Positions 9,474 to 21,101 of a stretch of DNA of 64,000 bases are shown piece by piece; the first letter of the stretch is position 1; each line of letters begins with the position of its first letter. A program made the position numbers and the translations under genes. The DNA comes from an uncultured Actinomycetota bacterium (lineage in GTDB: Bacteria; Actinomycetota; Actinomycetes; Propionibacteriales; Propionibacteriaceae). The notes beneath the pieces were generated by a model that was given only the letters and a program-made list of their open reading frames with translations, was not told the origin of the DNA and did not search any database. The DNA lies in assembly GCA_963780175.1 (NCBI GenBank), contig CAWAAT010000001.1, positions 13,928 to 77,927 on the forward strand. Direction: 5' to 3'.

Positions 9474-11309
9474 ATGCCTGCTCCTTCGCCCGGCAGTACC
9501 GACCCTGCAAGCATCCGAAACTTCAGCATCATCGCCCACATTGATCATGGCAAGTCAACGCTGGCTGATCGGATGTTGCAGTACACCGGGGTGCTGAACG
9601 AGCGGACCATGCGCGCGCAGTACCTGGACCGGATGGACATCGAGCGCGAACGTGGCATCACCATCAAGTCGCAAGCCGTCAGGATGCCGTGGGTCGCCAA
9701 CGGCCAGGACTACGTCCTGAACATGATCGACACCCCCGGTCACGTGGACTTCACCTACGAGGTTTCCCGTTCGCTGGCGGCCTGCGAGGGAGCGCTGTTG
9801 ATCGTGGACGCAGCCCAGGGTATTGAGGCCCAGACGTTGGCCAACCTGTATCTGGCGCTGGAGGCGGATCTGGCCATCATTCCGGTGCTCAACAAGATCG
9901 ATCTGCCCGGGGCGCTGCCGGACAAGTACGGCCGGGAGTTGGCGTCCATCATCGGGTGCGACCCGGATGAGGTGCTGCGGGTCAGCGCCAAGACGGGCGA
10001 GGGTGTCGCAGCCCTGCTCGATCAGATCGTCCGCCAGGTACCGGCGCCGGTGGGCGACCCTGCCGCCTCGGCCCGCGCGCTCATCTTCGACTCGGTCTAC
10101 GACGCGTATCGCGGTGTCGTCACCTACATCAGGGTCAAGGACGGTGCGATCAACCATCGCCAGCGCATCCTGATGATGTCCACCAACGCCACCCACGAGG
10201 TCCTGGAGGTCGGGGTCATCTCGCCCGAACCGGTTAAGGCTGCGGGGTTGGGGGTCGGGGAGGTTGGCTACCTCATCACCGGTGTCAAGGACGTTCGGCA
10301 GTCCCGGGTCGGCGACACGGTGACGCTGAGCAGTCGACCGGCCACCCAGATGCTGGCCGGATACCGGCACCCTCAGCCGATGGTGTACGCCGGTATCTAC
10401 CCGATCGACGGCGACGACTTCCCCGAGTTGCGCGAGGCGCTGGAGAAGCTGCAGCTCAACGACGCCGCGCTGACCTTCGACCCGGAGACATCGGCTGCCC
10501 TCGGGTTCGGTTTCCGGATCGGGTTCCTCGGCCTGTTGCACATGGAGATCGTCCGGGAGCGCCTGGAGCGGGAGTTCAACCTTGACCTGATCAGCACCGC
10601 ACCGAACGTGCACTACAAGGTGGTGATGGAGGACGGCACCGAGCACGAGGTGACCAATCCCTCCGAGTTCCCCGATGGCAAGGTCGCGGAGGTGCACGAG
10701 CCCGTCGTCAAGGCCACCATCCTCGCCCCGGCAGAGTACATCGGCACGATCATGGAACTGTGTCAGGCTCGCCGAGGCGTCCAGCAGGGCCTCGACTACC
10801 TGTCGGAGGACCGGGTCGAACTGCGCTACGAACTCCCGCTTGCCGAGATCGTCTTCGACTTCTTCGACGCCTTGAAGTCCCGCACCAAGGGCTACGCGTC
10901 CCTCGACTACAACGAGGCCGGCTCCCAGGTCGCCGACCTGGTCAAGGTGGACATCCTGTTGCACGGTGAGCCGGTCGACGCGTTCAGTTCGATCGTCCAC
11001 AAGGACAAGGCCTACGCCTACGGGGTGGCCATGGCCTCAAAGCTCAAGGAACTCATCCCACGCCAGCAGTTCGAGGTTCCCGTGCAGGCCGCGGTGGGTG
11101 CCCGGGTGATCGCCCGCGAGACCATCCGGGCGATGCGCAAGGATGTCCTCGCCAAGTGCTACGGGGGAGACATCACCCGCAAGCGCAAGCTGCTCGAGAA
11201 GCAGAAGGAGGGCAAGAAGCGCATGAAGATGGTGGGACGCGTGGAGGTCCCGCAGGAGGCCTTCGTTGCTGCCCTGTCGACCGGGGAGACCGGCAAGGAC
11301 AAGAAGTAG
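9474..11309 (+). CDS. lepA: elongation factor 4 (LepA)
   Basis: 611 aa. [21 protein letters not shown]1 motif. Full-length GTPase. Confidence 0.95.
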   Translation: MPAPSPGSTDPASIRNFSIIAHIDHGKSTLADRMLQYTGVLNERTMRAQYLDRMDIERERGITIKSQAVRMPWVANGQDYVLNMIDTPGHVDFTYEVSRSLAACEGALLIVDAAQGIEAQTLANLYLALEADLAIIPVLNKIDLPGALPDKYGRELASIIGCDPDEVLRVSAKTGEGVAALLDQIVRQVPAPVGDPAASARALIFDSVYDAYRGVVTYIRVKDGAINHRQRILMMSTNATHEVLEVGVISPEPVKAAGLGVGEVGYLITGVKDVRQSRVGDTVTLSSRPATQMLAGYRHPQPMVYAGIYPIDGDDFPELREALEKLQLNDAALTFDPETSAALGFGFRIGFLGLLHMEIVRERLEREFNLDLISTAPNVHYKVVMEDGTEHEVTNPSEFPDGKVAEVHEPVVKATILAPAEYIGTIMELCQARRGVQQGLDYLSEDRVELRYELPLAEIVFDFFDALKSRTKGYASLDYNEAGSQVADLVKVDILLHGEPVDAFSSIVHKDKAYAYGVAMASKLKELIPRQQFEVPVQAAVGARVIARETIRAMRKDVLAKCYGGDITRKRKLLEKQKEGKKRMKMVGRVEVPQEAFVAALSTGETGKDKK

Positions 11310-11312
11310 CCG

Positions 11313-12524
11313 ATGTCAGGTCCGCTACCCGACGGTGCGCCAGCACCTCGTGACGGGTCCCTGCCGGCGTCGGCGCTGGACGCCCTGGCGGCCACCACTC
11401 TCGGCTTCTACGTCCACGTGCCGTTCTGCCGGGTGCGGTGCGGCTACTGCGACTTCAACACCTACACGGCCGGCCAGTTGGGTCCCGGTGGAGGACGCCA
11501 GGACTGGCTGGTCGCGGCACACGCCGAGGTCGACCTGGCCGCCCGGGCGTTGGGCCCTGGCGCGCCTGCGGTGTCGACGATCTTCTTCGGTGGGGGCACG
11601 CCGACGCTGATGAGCCCAGCTCAGTTGGGCGAGCTGGTTGCTCACATCGGCAGTTCCTTCGGGCTCCTCGAGCACGCCGAGGTGACCACAGAGGCCAACC
11701 CCGAGACCGTGGGGCCCCAGGAACTGGCCGGTTTGCGGGCCGGTGGCATCAACCGGTTGAGTCTCGGCATGCAGTCGGCGGTGCCACGTGTGCTCGCCAC
11801 CCTCGACCGGAGCCACACGCCGGGCAGGGCCCTCGAGGTGGTGGCGCAGGCCAGGGCTGCGGGTTTCGAGCACGTCAGCCTCGACCTCATCTACGGAACC
11901 CCCGGTGAGGCCGAGCCCGACTGGCAGGCCAGCCTCGACGCGGTCACCTCGGCCGATGTCGACCACGTGTCCGCCTACGCGCTGGTGATCGAACCGGGCA
12001 CCGCGATGAGCCGCAAGGTGGCCCGTGGCCAGCTCGACGGCGTCGATGAGGACGTCCAGGCCGACCGTTACCTGGCGGCCGAACGCCACTTGGTGGCCGC
12101 CGGATTCACCAACTACGAGGTCAGCAACTGGTGCCTGGGCCCCGACAACCGTTCGCGTCACAACCTCGCCTACTGGCAGGGGGCCAACTGGTGGGGGATC
12201 GGTCCGGGTGCTCATTCGCACGTCGGCGGAGTCCGGTGGTGGAACCGCAAACACCCCGTTGGATACGCCGCAGCGCTGGCGTCCGGCGTCAGCCCCGCCC
12301 AGGCCCGTGAGGTGCTGACCTCCTCTGAGCGCCGCGTGGAGAGAGTTCTGCTGGAGTTGCGGATCGCCGAGGGCCTGCCACTGGGGGTGCTGACCACCTC
12401 GGAGCGCTCACGCCTCACTTACTTCATCGACCGAGGCCTCGTCCTGATCTCAGATGGCCATGCCCGGCTGACACTGCAGGGGCGGCTGCTCGCTGACGCG
12501 GTGATTCGGGATCTGCTGGACTGA
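11313..12524 (+). CDS. hemW: radical SAM heme chaperone HemW (oxygen-independent coproporphyrinogen oxidase-like)
   Basis: 403 aa. CxxxCxYC radical SAM motif (CRVRCGYCDF). Position after lepA is conserved. Confidence 0.85.
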   Translation: MSGPLPDGAPAPRDGSLPASALDALAATTLGFYVHVPFCRVRCGYCDFNTYTAGQLGPGGGRQDWLVAAHAEVDLAARALGPGAPAVSTIFFGGGTPTLMSPAQLGELVAHIGSSFGLLEHAEVTTEANPETVGPQELAGLRAGGINRLSLGMQSAVPRVLATLDRSHTPGRALEVVAQARAAGFEHVSLDLIYGTPGEAEPDWQASLDAVTSADVDHVSAYALVIEPGTAMSRKVARGQLDGVDEDVQADRYLAAERHLVAAGFTNYEVSNWCLGPDNRSRHNLAYWQGANWWGIGPGAHSHVGGVRWWNRKHPVGYAAALASGVSPAQAREVLTSSERRVERVLLELRIAEGLPLGVLTTSERSRLTYFIDRGLVLISDGHARLTLQGRLLADAVIRDLLD

Positions 12525-12563
12525 GGCCCCAGCGAATCGGAGGCACCCGGTACCCTTCACCAA

Positions 12564-13427
12564 GTGACCAACCGACCAGTTGACCGCTACGGCCGTGACG
12601 TCCTGGACCCACGAACGGCGCAGCGTTCGCGTCCCACCACCGTTGACGTCCCAATGGAGCTCGGCATGGTGGTCGAGGATCCCGCCTCCGGTTTCGTCGG
12701 TGAGATCATGGGCTGGGAGAACGGTGTGGTGATCCTGGAGGATCGCCGCGGCAAGCGTCGGACCTTCCCGGTCGGCCCCGGGTTCTGGCTGGACGGCAAA
12801 CCCGTCGCCCTTCGCATCCCGCCTCGCACCGGCTCGACCCGGCATTACACCGCCTCAGGTTCGCGGGTGGGCTCACAGCGTCCGGCCAGGGTCGCATTGC
12901 CCAGTCGCATCTACGTCGAGGGTCGACACGACGCCGAACTGGTCGAGAAGATCTGGGGCTCCGACCTGCGCCACGTCGGGGTCGTGGTGGAGTACCTGGG
13001 CGGTGTGGACGATCTGGTCGGCATCGTGGCCGAGTTCCGTCCAGAACCCGGACGTCGGCTGGGCGTACTGGTCGATCACCTGGTCACCGGCAGCAAGGAA
13101 CAGCGGATCGCAGTCGACGTGGCCCGTGGTGGCTACGGGGACGTGGTGCGGATCGCCGGTCACCGGTTCATCGACATCTGGCAGGCGATCCGTCCTGAGG
13201 TGCTGGGCATCAAGATGTGGCCCCAGGTACCGAAGGACGTGGATTTCAAGAAGGGCACGTTGGCCGCTCTGGGTCTGCCACACAAGGATCAGGCCGACAT
13301 CGCCAGGGCCTGGCAGTCGATGCTGGCCCGGGTGCGGACCTTCCGCGATCTGGACCCGGACCTCATCCGTGAGGTCGAGAAGCTCATCGACTTCGTCACC
13401 CAGGATCACCTGACCGAGCTCGAGTGA
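12564..13427 (+). CDS. DUF3097-family conserved actinobacterial protein
   Basis: 287 aa. GFVG.I..WE.GVV.LEDRRGKRR.FP.GPGF motif. Position after hemW is conserved. Confidence 0.7.
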   Translation: MTNRPVDRYGRDVLDPRTAQRSRPTTVDVPMELGMVVEDPASGFVGEIMGWENGVVILEDRRGKRRTFPVGPGFWLDGKPVALRIPPRTGSTRHYTASGSRVGSQRPARVALPSRIYVEGRHDAELVEKIWGSDLRHVGVVVEYLGGVDDLVGIVAEFRPEPGRRLGVLVDHLVTGSKEQRIAVDVARGGYGDVVRIAGHRFIDIWQAIRPEVLGIKMWPQVPKDVDFKKGTLAALGLPHKDQADIARAWQSMLARVRTFRDLDPDLIREVEKLIDFVTQDHLTELE

Positions 13428-13530
13428 GGCGGCGGGCGGCGGCTGTCCTCGGACTGCCGCAGACACCTCACCGTCCACGGCGGGTTGCCGGAGACGAGCA
13501 GTTCCTCGCCCATGGGTTATCCTCGTCCGC

Positions 13531-15957
13531 ATGATCAAACACAGTCCGGGCGACCCCGTCACCCCGCTTGCACCCGAACTGTGGGCCTTGGGCGGGTGGC
13601 CCCTGGGGGCCTCGCACGACCTGCAGAAGCACCTCACCTCGTTTGCCGTCTACGCTCCCGCTGCCACGCGGGTGCTTCTCGAGCTGTATCCGGCGGCGGT
13701 GGGTGAGGATGCGAACTACCGCATCGATGCGGTTCGCTCCAAGGGTGGCATCTGGCGTGCCCAACTGCTGGGGGTCGGCCCGGGCGATCTGTACGCCTAC
13801 CGTTGTTGGGGACGCAACTGGGAGGTCGACCCGCAGTGGGAACCGGGGACGCTGCTCGGTTTCCTGTCGGATCGCGACGTCGACGGCAACCACTTCAACC
13901 CCAACAAGGTGCTGCTCGACCCCTACACCCGCGAAGTCAGTCACGTCCCTCTGAGCCCGTTGGTCACCCAGGCGGGAGCCGACCACGCGGTGTTCGCCAC
14001 CGGAGGCGGCGACTACCGTGGGCAGCCATGCCGGACCGTCGACTCCGGACCCTTCGCCCCCAAGGGCGTGGTCATTCACGACAACACGAGCACCGGCGCG
14101 CCTCCGGATCGCCCGGCCCAGGACGTCACCATCTACGAGGCGCACGTCAAGAACCTGACCATGCACCCCTCGGCGAGCAGGCTGGGAGACCTGTTGGCGG
14201 GGGAAGCGATGTTCGACGAGGTGCGCAACGTCCCCGCTGAGCTCCGCGGCACCTACGCAGGTGCCGCCTACCTGGCTCCGTATCTGAAGGGACTCGGGTT
14301 CACGACCATCGAATTGTTGCCCGTTCACGAGACCGACTCTGATCAAGTGGGCGCCGCAAGCGGAGAGACCAATCACTGGGGCTACCAGACGGTCGGCTTC
14401 TTCGCGCCCAATCGTGATTACGCCCACGACAAGAGTCCCGGCGGGCCAACCCGCGAGTTCAAGGAGATGGTGCGGGCGTTCCATGAGCACGGCATCGAGG
14501 TCTATCTGGACGTCGTCTACAACCACACCGCTGAGGGTGGCAACTGGGGCGGAGATCCGGACACGGTCGCTCTCACCAGCTTCGGCGGCTTCGCGACGAC
14601 GATGTACTACGACCTCACCTCGGACGGTCGGATCGTCGACGGTGCGACTGGTTCCGCGAACCAGACCAACTTCTCGCACCGGACGATGTGCGATCTGGTG
14701 ATGAGTTCGCTGAGTTACTGGCACACCCTGATGGGAGTGGACGGGTTTCGCTTCGACCTCGCCACCGTGCTGGGACGCTTCCCGGACGCCGCCGACAAGG
14801 ACGACATGGCCGCCCGCAGGCGCTTCTTCAACGCCCACCCCCTGTTGCGGGAGGTGGTCGATCTGGCCGAAGAGCGTGACATTGAGGTCATCGCGGAGGC
14901 GTGGGATCTCTGGGGTTACGAGGTAGGTAACTTCCCCTCAGGATGGGGCGAGTGGAACGGGCGTTTCAGGGACGCGATGCGCCACTACCTCAAGGGCGAC
15001 GGGAACACCCGTGCCTTCATCGAACTGCTCAACGGCGACTGGCTGCATTTCAACGACAACTCCGGCCCGCAGAAGTCCATCAACTTCCTCACGGCGCACG
15101 ACGGTTTCACGATGTTCGACCTGGTCAGCTTCACCCAGAAGGACAACGCCCAGCCCCACCCCTTCGGACCGTCGGACGGCGGAACCGACTACAACGTTTC
15201 CTGGGACTCGGACGGCAACCACGCGCTGAGACGGACGCGCTGGCGCAACAACTGGTTGATCACGATGATGGCCAGGGGTGTGCCCATGGTGGTCAGTGGT
15301 GATGAGTACGGCCGCACCCAGAACGGCAACAACAACCCGTGGAACCTCAACACCATTGGCATGTGGAACAACTGGGCCCAACTGGCGTCCAACACCCCCA
15401 CCCGGCTACCCGTTGACCCTGACGACCCGGACGGACCAACCTATTACGACGTGGTGGGGGTCTGCGACTCTGAACCCACGGTCAACCCGCTGTTCAGGTT
15501 CGCCCAGTATGTCGCGAGGCTGCGAGAACTCGACCCGACTCTGCGCCAGAAGGCCTGGGGCGACGGCAAACTCGACAGCGACAACGTGAGCTACCTCTAT
15601 TACAAGCCCGACCTCAACGGTCCGCCCGGGCCTTCCGACCGGCTGCTCACCGTGCTCATCAACGGCACCGGCATAGGCGGCACCGACTATCTGGTGATGG
15701 TGAACATGTACACGCATCGGGCGGTGTTCCGCATCCCTGACGTCGCCGATATCCAGCGCCCCACCCTCAGGTGGCACCGCATCATCGACACCGCCCCTTG
15801 GGCCGAGCCGCACAACAACTCCTGGGCGCCGGCCGACGGCAAGGTGGTGGCAGGTGAGTACACGGTCGAACCGTGGTCGATCACTGTCCTGGCCGCAGCC
15901 TCAGAGACCTCGCCGCTGTTCCACGACGCGCGTTTCGACTCTGTTGTGCAGGACTGA
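13531..15957 (+). CDS. glgX: glycogen debranching enzyme (GH13 isoamylase-type)
   Basis: 808 aa. YLDVVYNHT and GFRFDLA GH13 catalytic motifs. Confidence 0.85.
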   Translation: MIKHSPGDPVTPLAPELWALGGWPLGASHDLQKHLTSFAVYAPAATRVLLELYPAAVGEDANYRIDAVRSKGGIWRAQLLGVGPGDLYAYRCWGRNWEVDPQWEPGTLLGFLSDRDVDGNHFNPNKVLLDPYTREVSHVPLSPLVTQAGADHAVFATGGGDYRGQPCRTVDSGPFAPKGVVIHDNTSTGAPPDRPAQDVTIYEAHVKNLTMHPSASRLGDLLAGEAMFDEVRNVPAELRGTYAGAAYLAPYLKGLGFTTIELLPVHETDSDQVGAASGETNHWGYQTVGFFAPNRDYAHDKSPGGPTREFKEMVRAFHEHGIEVYLDVVYNHTAEGGNWGGDPDTVALTSFGGFATTMYYDLTSDGRIVDGATGSANQTNFSHRTMCDLVMSSLSYWHTLMGVDGFRFDLATVLGRFPDAADKDDMAARRRFFNAHPLLREVVDLAEERDIEVIAEAWDLWGYEVGNFPSGWGEWNGRFRDAMRHYLKGDGNTRAFIELLNGDWLHFNDNSGPQKSINFLTAHDGFTMFDLVSFTQKDNAQPHPFGPSDGGTDYNVSWDSDGNHALRRTRWRNNWLITMMARGVPMVVSGDEYGRTQNGNNNPWNLNTIGMWNNWAQLASNTPTRLPVDPDDPDGPTYYDVVGVCDSEPTVNPLFRFAQYVARLRELDPTLRQKAWGDGKLDSDNVSYLYYKPDLNGPPGPSDRLLTVLINGTGIGGTDYLVMVNMYTHRAVFRIPDVADIQRPTLRWHRIIDTAPWAEPHNNSWAPADGKVVAGEYTVEPWSITVLAAASETSPLFHDARFDSVVQD

Positions 15958-15961
15958 CAGG

Positions 15962-16756
15962 ATGGCTCACATGCAGACCGACGAGCTGCTCCAGCTCATC
16001 ACCGAGGTTGCGGCTCAAGTGATCACGCCGCGCTTCCGGGCTCTGGGTGCCGCCGAGATCGACGAGAAGTCTCCGGGGGACTATGTCACGGTGGCCGACC
16101 GTGAGGCCGAGGTGCTCATCACCGCAGCGCTGTTGGCGAGGTCGCCGCGCGCTCTGGTCGTGGGGGAGGAAGCCGCGCACGCCGATCCGGGACTTGTCAG
16201 GGGGCTCGCCTCTGCCGAGCACGCCTACACCGTTGACCCGGTCGATGGCACCACCAACTTCGTCAGGGGTTCGCCGCGCTATGCGGTGATGGTGGCCGAA
16301 CTGCGTCGGGGCGAGGTGACCAGGTCATGGATCTGGCAGCCGGAGATGCAGGTGGCCTACGTGGCGGAGCGTGGTGCCGGGCTCTACCGCAACGAAGTGC
16401 GCGTCAGCCGCCCCGACGCACCGCTGCCGCCTCGGGGCGCCACCACTCGCCGGTCCTGGCGACACTTCGAGTCCTTCGGACAACTCGACCCCGTGCTGGA
16501 CACCAACTACTGTGCCGGTTTTGACTACTCGCAACTGGTGGACGGCGAGGTGGACTACTTCACTTACCTGAGGCCGAAACCGTGGGACCACCTGCCCGGA
16601 TCGCTGATGCTCGACGAAATCGGTGGCGCGAGCATCGACGCGCAGGGTCAGCCCTACGGGCCGTCCACCGGGGCCGAGGCCACCATCATCACCGCCAGTT
16701 CTCCGGAGCTCGCCCGGCAGGTGGCCGGCTTCTGGCGTCCTGCGCCCCGCGGTTGA
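15962..16756 (+). CDS. inositol monophosphatase / CysQ-family phosphatase
   Basis: 264 aa. DPVDGTTNF and VAD.E.E metal-binding motifs. Confidence 0.75.
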   Translation: MAHMQTDELLQLITEVAAQVITPRFRALGAAEIDEKSPGDYVTVADREAEVLITAALLARSPRALVVGEEAAHADPGLVRGLASAEHAYTVDPVDGTTNFVRGSPRYAVMVAELRRGEVTRSWIWQPEMQVAYVAERGAGLYRNEVRVSRPDAPLPPRGATTRRSWRHFESFGQLDPVLDTNYCAGFDYSQLVDGEVDYFTYLRPKPWDHLPGSLMLDEIGGASIDAQGQPYGPSTGAEATIITASSPELARQVAGFWRPAPRG

Positions 16757-16782
16757 GACTCCGCCGCAGGCAGCGGGTAGGA

Positions 16783-16809
16783 TTGGCACTCGGAAACTCT
16801 GAGTGCCAG
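16783..16809 (+). promoter_or_regulatory. CIRCE operator (HrcA binding site) upstream of hrcA-dnaJ
   Basis: TTGGCACTC-N9-GAGTGCCAG. It matches the TTAGCACTC-N9-GAGTGCTAA consensus with a 9-nt spacer and lies 23 bp before the hrcA start. Confidence 0.85.
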
Positions 16810-16831
16810 AATCGATGGTGAGGGGGGAGTC

Positions 16832-17842
16832 GTGGACGATCGCAAGCTGGAGGTACTGCGCGCCATCGTCACCGACTACGTTTCCACTCAGGAGCCGGTC
16901 GGATCAAAGGCCTTGGTGGAGAGGCACCGCCTCGACGTTTCGCCGGCGACCATCCGCAACGACATGGCTGCCCTGGAGGAGGAGGGGTACCTCATCCAGC
17001 CGCACACCTCAGCCGGTCGGGTGCCGACCGACAAGGGGTACCGGCTCTTCGTCGACCGGTTGGCCATGGTCAAACCCCTTTCTACCGCCGAACGACAGGC
17101 AATCTCGACCTTCCTGGCGGGTGCGGCCGACATCGACGAGATCGTGCACCGGACAGTCAGACTGTTGGCCCAACTCACCCGCCAGGTGGCGATCGTCCAG
17201 TACCCCATGGTTCGCTCGACCACCCTGCGACACGTCGAACTGGTCAGCCTCAACGCCGACCGGGTGTTGGTGATCCTCATCGACTCCACCGGACGCATCG
17301 ACCAGCGTTCGCTGGTGCTACCCGAGCACACGGACGCCGAACTGGACGGCTGGCGTGCGCGACTGAATGCGCGAGTCCTCGGACGGACCCACCGGGAAGC
17401 CGACGCAGCCCTCAGTTCGATCGACGAGACGGGGCTTGATCCGGACCGATCGTCACGGGTGATCGGAGCGGTTCGGGCCATGCTGGAGTCCGATCGCTCC
17501 TCGGAGGTTCTGGTGGCTGGCGTGCCCAACCTGACGCGCTACGGCGCGTCCTACCAAGGCGCGATCCGCCCGGTTCTGGAGGCCCTCGAGGAGCAGGTTG
17601 TGCTGTTGAAGCTGCTGGGGGACGCGGTGTCCGAACGTCCCGGTGACGTGGCTGTCCGAATCGGGCAGGAGAACCCCTACGCGCCGTTGCACACCACCTC
17701 GTTGGTGGCCAGCGGCTATGGTCCGGACGAGGCGTGGGCCTCGCTCGGGGTGGTCGGCCCCACCTACATGGACTACCCGTCCACCATTGCGGCCGTGCGT
17801 GCAGTAGCGCGCTACCTCGGCCGTTTTCTGGCAGAAGGATGA
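16832..17842 (+). CDS. hrcA: heat-inducible transcription repressor HrcA
   Basis: 336 aa. N-terminal [16 protein letters not shown]...PVGSK.L winged-helix region. CIRCE upstream. Confidence 0.9.
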   Translation: MDDRKLEVLRAIVTDYVSTQEPVGSKALVERHRLDVSPATIRNDMAALEEEGYLIQPHTSAGRVPTDKGYRLFVDRLAMVKPLSTAERQAISTFLAGAADIDEIVHRTVRLLAQLTRQVAIVQYPMVRSTTLRHVELVSLNADRVLVILIDSTGRIDQRSLVLPEHTDAELDGWRARLNARVLGRTHREADAALSSIDETGLDPDRSSRVIGAVRAMLESDRSSEVLVAGVPNLTRYGASYQGAIRPVLEALEEQVVLLKLLGDAVSERPGDVAVRIGQENPYAPLHTTSLVASGYGPDEAWASLGVVGPTYMDYPSTIAAVRAVARYLGRFLAEG

Positions 17843-17855
17843 ACGAAGACCAACA

Positions 17856-19064
17856 ATGAGTGCCCCTGACTACTACGAGATCCTCGGCGTGCCCCGGGAC
17901 GCCAGCGCCGACCAGATCAAGAAGGCCTACCGCCGGATGGCCATGAAGGTTCATCCCGACGTGGCCACCGACCCGGACGCCGAGGAGAAGTTCAAGAAGG
18001 TCAACGAGGCCTATGAGGTCTTGAGTGACCCCAACAAGAAGTCGATTTTCGATCGCGGCGGCGACCCGATGGGGTCCGGAGCCGGTGACCCGTTCGGCAA
18101 CATGGGAGGGTTCGGCGGGTTCGGATCGTTCACGGGTCAGGGCTTCGACATCGGCGACTTGTTCGGGGCGATGTTCGGGGCTCAGTCCGCCGGCCGTGGA
18201 CCGAAGTCTCGCGTGCGGCGGGGCCAGGATCAGTTGGTGCGTGCCCGGCTGACGCTGTCGGAAGCCGTGTTCGGAGTAACCAAGCCGGTGAAGTTCGACA
18301 CCTACGTGGTCTGTGTCGCGTGCAATGGTGGGGGAGCAGCCAGCAACCGCGAACCGGTCACGTGTACCCAATGTCATGGCCGGGGCGAGGTCGTCGTGTC
18401 GCAGCGCTCGATCCTGGGGGAGATCCGCACGGCGCAGCCGTGCCCCGCCTGCCAGGGCTACGGCAACGTCATTCCCGAACCGTGCACGGAGTGCTCGGGT
18501 CAGGGGCGGGTCCCGCATTCCCGGACGGTCAACGTGAAGATTCCCGGCGGGGTGGACACCGGCAACCGCGTCCACCTGCAGGGACAGGCCGAGGTCGGTC
18601 CCGGTGGGGGGCCGGCCGGGGATCTGTACGTCGAGATTCAGGTGCAACCGCACGAGGTCTTCCGCCGCGACCACGACAACCTCGAGATGGTCGTCAAGCT
18701 GCCGATGAGCCTGGCGGCGCTCGGTACCGATGTCGACATCGACACCCTCGAGTCCGAACTGCCGGACTGCCCCGAGGATCGTCGCCTCGTCCACCTCGAC
18801 GTCCCGGCCGGTACCCAGTCCGGCACCCGGCTGGTCGTCAAGGGTCACGGCGTGCCCAGCCTGCGGGCCAACCGCCGAGGTGAGACGGCACGCGGTGATC
18901 TGGGCGTCACGCTGCTCGTCCAGACCCCGACGAAGCTCGACTCCGAGCAACGGGAGTTGCTGGCCAGGCTCGCCCAACTACGCGGCGAGGCGGCTGGTGA
19001 GGTGCAGTCCAAGCATGAGGAGAAGCGCTTCTTCGACCGTCTGAAGGACGCGTTCAACGCATGA
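17856..19064 (+). CDS. dnaJ: chaperone DnaJ
   Basis: 402 aa. J-domain with HPD motif (KVHPDV). Gly/Phe-rich region. Four CxxCxGxG zinc-finger repeats. Confidence 0.95.
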   Translation: MSAPDYYEILGVPRDASADQIKKAYRRMAMKVHPDVATDPDAEEKFKKVNEAYEVLSDPNKKSIFDRGGDPMGSGAGDPFGNMGGFGGFGSFTGQGFDIGDLFGAMFGAQSAGRGPKSRVRRGQDQLVRARLTLSEAVFGVTKPVKFDTYVVCVACNGGGAASNREPVTCTQCHGRGEVVVSQRSILGEIRTAQPCPACQGYGNVIPEPCTECSGQGRVPHSRTVNVKIPGGVDTGNRVHLQGQAEVGPGGGPAGDLYVEIQVQPHEVFRRDHDNLEMVVKLPMSLAALGTDVDIDTLESELPDCPEDRRLVHLDVPAGTQSGTRLVVKGHGVPSLRANRRGETARGDLGVTLLVQTPTKLDSEQRELLARLAQLRGEAAGEVQSKHEEKRFFDRLKDAFNA

Positions 19065-19801
19065 CCGACCCCTGCTACCTCGCCGAGTTGGGCGCGCCGT
19101 CGGTGGGCGATGTCGTCCAGGTGGCCGGTGAGGAGGGGCGGCATGCCGCCGTCGTCAAGCGCACCCGGGTCGGTGAGGTGGTGCTCGTCGCGGACGGTCG
19201 CGGTCGCGCCATCCGCGGTCCGGTGACCGAGGTCGGCAAGCAGGGCATCAGCGTTCAGGTCGACGAGTGCCTGACGAGCGCGCCCGCCGCGCATCGCTGG
19301 ACGGCCGTGCAGGCGCTGGCCAAGGGCGACCGGTCCGACATCGCCGTCGAGTCGCTGACCGAACTGGGAGCCACCCGGATCATCGCCTGGCAGGCCGCCC
19401 GCTCGGTGGTGCGCTGGGACGAGGCCGGCAAGGCCGACAAGGGGGTCGCCAAGTGGCAGGCCACGGCCCGCGAGTCGACCAAGCAGTCGCGTCGCTTCGT
19501 CGTCCCCGAGGTCTCCTACGCCTCCACCGAGCGCCTCGCCGCCGTGCTGGGGGGTGCCGATCTGGCGCTGGTGGCCCACGAGGATGCTGACCGCCCCCTG
19601 GCCGGCGTGGCGCTACCGGCCACCGGGGAGGTCGTCATCGTCGTGGGGCCCGAGGGCGGCATCAGCCCCGAGGAGTTGGCGAGGTTCACAGCCGCCGGGG
19701 CACAACTGGTGAGCCTGGGCGATGGCGTGTTGCGCACGTCCACCGCCGGAATTGTCGCGCTCGCCCAACTGCAGGCGCTGGTGGTTCTCGCCGGCCTCTG
19801 A
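19061..19801 (+). CDS. rsmE: 16S rRNA (uracil1498-N3)-methyltransferase RsmE
   Basis: 246 aa. Start overlaps the dnaJ stop. Position in the hrcA-dnaJ-rsmE block is conserved. Shows the RsmE fold pattern. Confidence 0.8.
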   Translation: MTDPCYLAELGAPSVGDVVQVAGEEGRHAAVVKRTRVGEVVLVADGRGRAIRGPVTEVGKQGISVQVDECLTSAPAAHRWTAVQALAKGDRSDIAVESLTELGATRIIAWQAARSVVRWDEAGKADKGVAKWQATARESTKQSRRFVVPEVSYASTERLAAVLGGADLALVAHEDADRPLAGVALPATGEVVIVVGPEGGISPEELARFTAAGAQLVSLGDGVLRTSTAGIVALAQLQALVVLAGL

Positions 19802-19808
19802 CCCGACC

Positions 19809-21101
19809 TCAGACCCGCAGCTCGATCGGGACCGCCCGGTTGGTGCGCTGCAGTCCCGAAAGGTCGGCATGCACGACGTGGTTGCGGTCGTCGGTACTGC
19901 CCAGCATCAGGTGTGCCCCCACGCCGAGTGCCTGCCACCGGCTGCGGAACAGCCAGTCCAACGCGTCCGGGTCGCTGGGTCGCCAGAAGTTCACCAGGTA
20001 GCCGCCGCTGTACAGGTGCAGCAGGCTGAACCCGCCCGGGTAGGCGGCGCAGGCGGCATTCTCCAGGTACTCGGTGTGGGCGTTGAGCAGGTCAGCACGG
20101 CCGCGTCGCATTCGGTGGGTGTGGCCGGCGACGTGCAGAAACACCCCCGGGGTCTGGCGCTGGATGAGTTGCAGGCGTAACCGGTCGCGGGCCCTGAGCA
20201 TGAACTGGGGGCCGGAGATGGACGAGCGGGCCGCCTCGTTGGTGGTCGGGTGATGGGCGGCGGCCAGGGTTGGGCGGTGTGGGTCGGTCTGCAACTCGGA
20301 CATGATCTGCGAGTACTGCTCGCCCATGATCCACCCACCACCGGAGCCACGCGTGGAGTCGATGGCCAGGATGCGCAGTCCGCTGGCCTCGGTCATTACC
20401 TGCGACTGCTGGTAGCCGACGAAGGCGTCGCCGAACGGATCATCGTCGCGCCGCGGGTGGTCGTGGTTGCCGCGGGTGGCCACCCACGTGCTGCGCTGGA
20501 TGCCGTAGCCGTCGAGGAGTTCGCGAGCCAGGCTGACCTCGTCGGGCAGGTTCGCGTACGTGAGGTCACCGTTCACCAGCAGGGTGGGACGCCCGTGCCG
20601 GGTCGCCAGGTCGGCCAGCGTTCGCGAGAACATCACCCGCGGGTAGTCCACCTGGCCTGGACTCGGCCGCACCGAGGTGGGCAACGGGCCGAGCACGATG
20701 CCCTGACGTTGCTCACCGATGTGGATGTCGTTGGTCAACGCGATCGAGGTCAGGTAATCACCGGGTGGTGGCACCAGGGTGGTGAACTCTCCGACGCGTT
20801 CACTGCTGCCGGCCCGCCGGGTGGGCAGCAGAGCCGCCTGAGCTTGCTGGCCGTTGGACGAGGCCTTGAACCGGTAGCTGCGTCCCGGTTCAAGGCCGGT
20901 GACCTCAACCACGTGGAATGCGCGGGGAGTGGCATCGTCGTGCACCATGTGCAGCGCTCCGTTGAGCGGCCCGATCGCCAGCTCCGTGCCGGCGGTGACC
21001 GGCATCGGCACCCCCGCGCCCCGTCGAGACGCCCGGGTGATCCAACTGATGACCGCGCTGGTCGGCGTGACGGTGATCACCTCCAGATCGGTGACGATCA
21101 T
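19809..21101 (-). CDS. calcineurin-like metallophosphoesterase (purple-acid-phosphatase-like with N-terminal FN3-like domain)
   Basis: GNHD, GDLTY and AGHTH phosphoesterase motifs. The start was taken at MIVTDLEV (21101) because the upstream ORF extension looks like translated junk. Confidence 0.65.
   Translation of the reverse strand: MIVTDLEVITVTPTSAVISWITRASRRGAGVPMPVTAGTELAIGPLNGALHMVHDDATPRAFHVVEVTGLEPGRSYRFKASSNGQQAQAALLPTRRAGSSERVGEFTTLVPPPGDYLTSIALTNDIHIGEQRQGIVLGPLPTSVRPSPGQVDYPRVMFSRTLADLATRHGRPTLLVNGDLTYANLPDEVSLARELLDGYGIQRSTWVATRGNHDHPRRDDDPFGDAFVGYQQSQVMTEASGLRILAIDSTRGSGGGWIMGEQYSQIMSELQTDPHRPTLAAAHHPTTNEAARSSISGPQFMLRARDRLRLQLIQRQTPGVFLHVAGHTHRMRRGRADLLNAHTEYLENAACAAYPGGFSLLHLYSGGYLVNFWRPSDPDALDWLFRSRWQALGVGAHLMLGSTDDRNHVVHADLSGLQRTNRAVPIELRV

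Noticed and set aside
7814-9541. 575-aa minus-strand ORF overlapping both membrane-protein paralogs
   Set aside because: Antisense GC-rich ORF with Arg/Gly/His-rich text that does not look like protein. The sense-strand genes have clear transmembrane segments and paralogy.
9555-11000. 481-aa minus-strand ORF inside lepA
   Set aside because: Antisense to an unambiguous LepA. Typical high-GC spurious ORF.
13468-14838. 456-aa minus-strand ORF inside glgX
   Set aside because: Antisense to GH13 catalytic motifs. Low-complexity Arg/Gly/Val composition.
17412-18977. 521-aa minus-strand ORF over hrcA and dnaJ
   Set aside because: Antisense to two well-supported chaperone genes.
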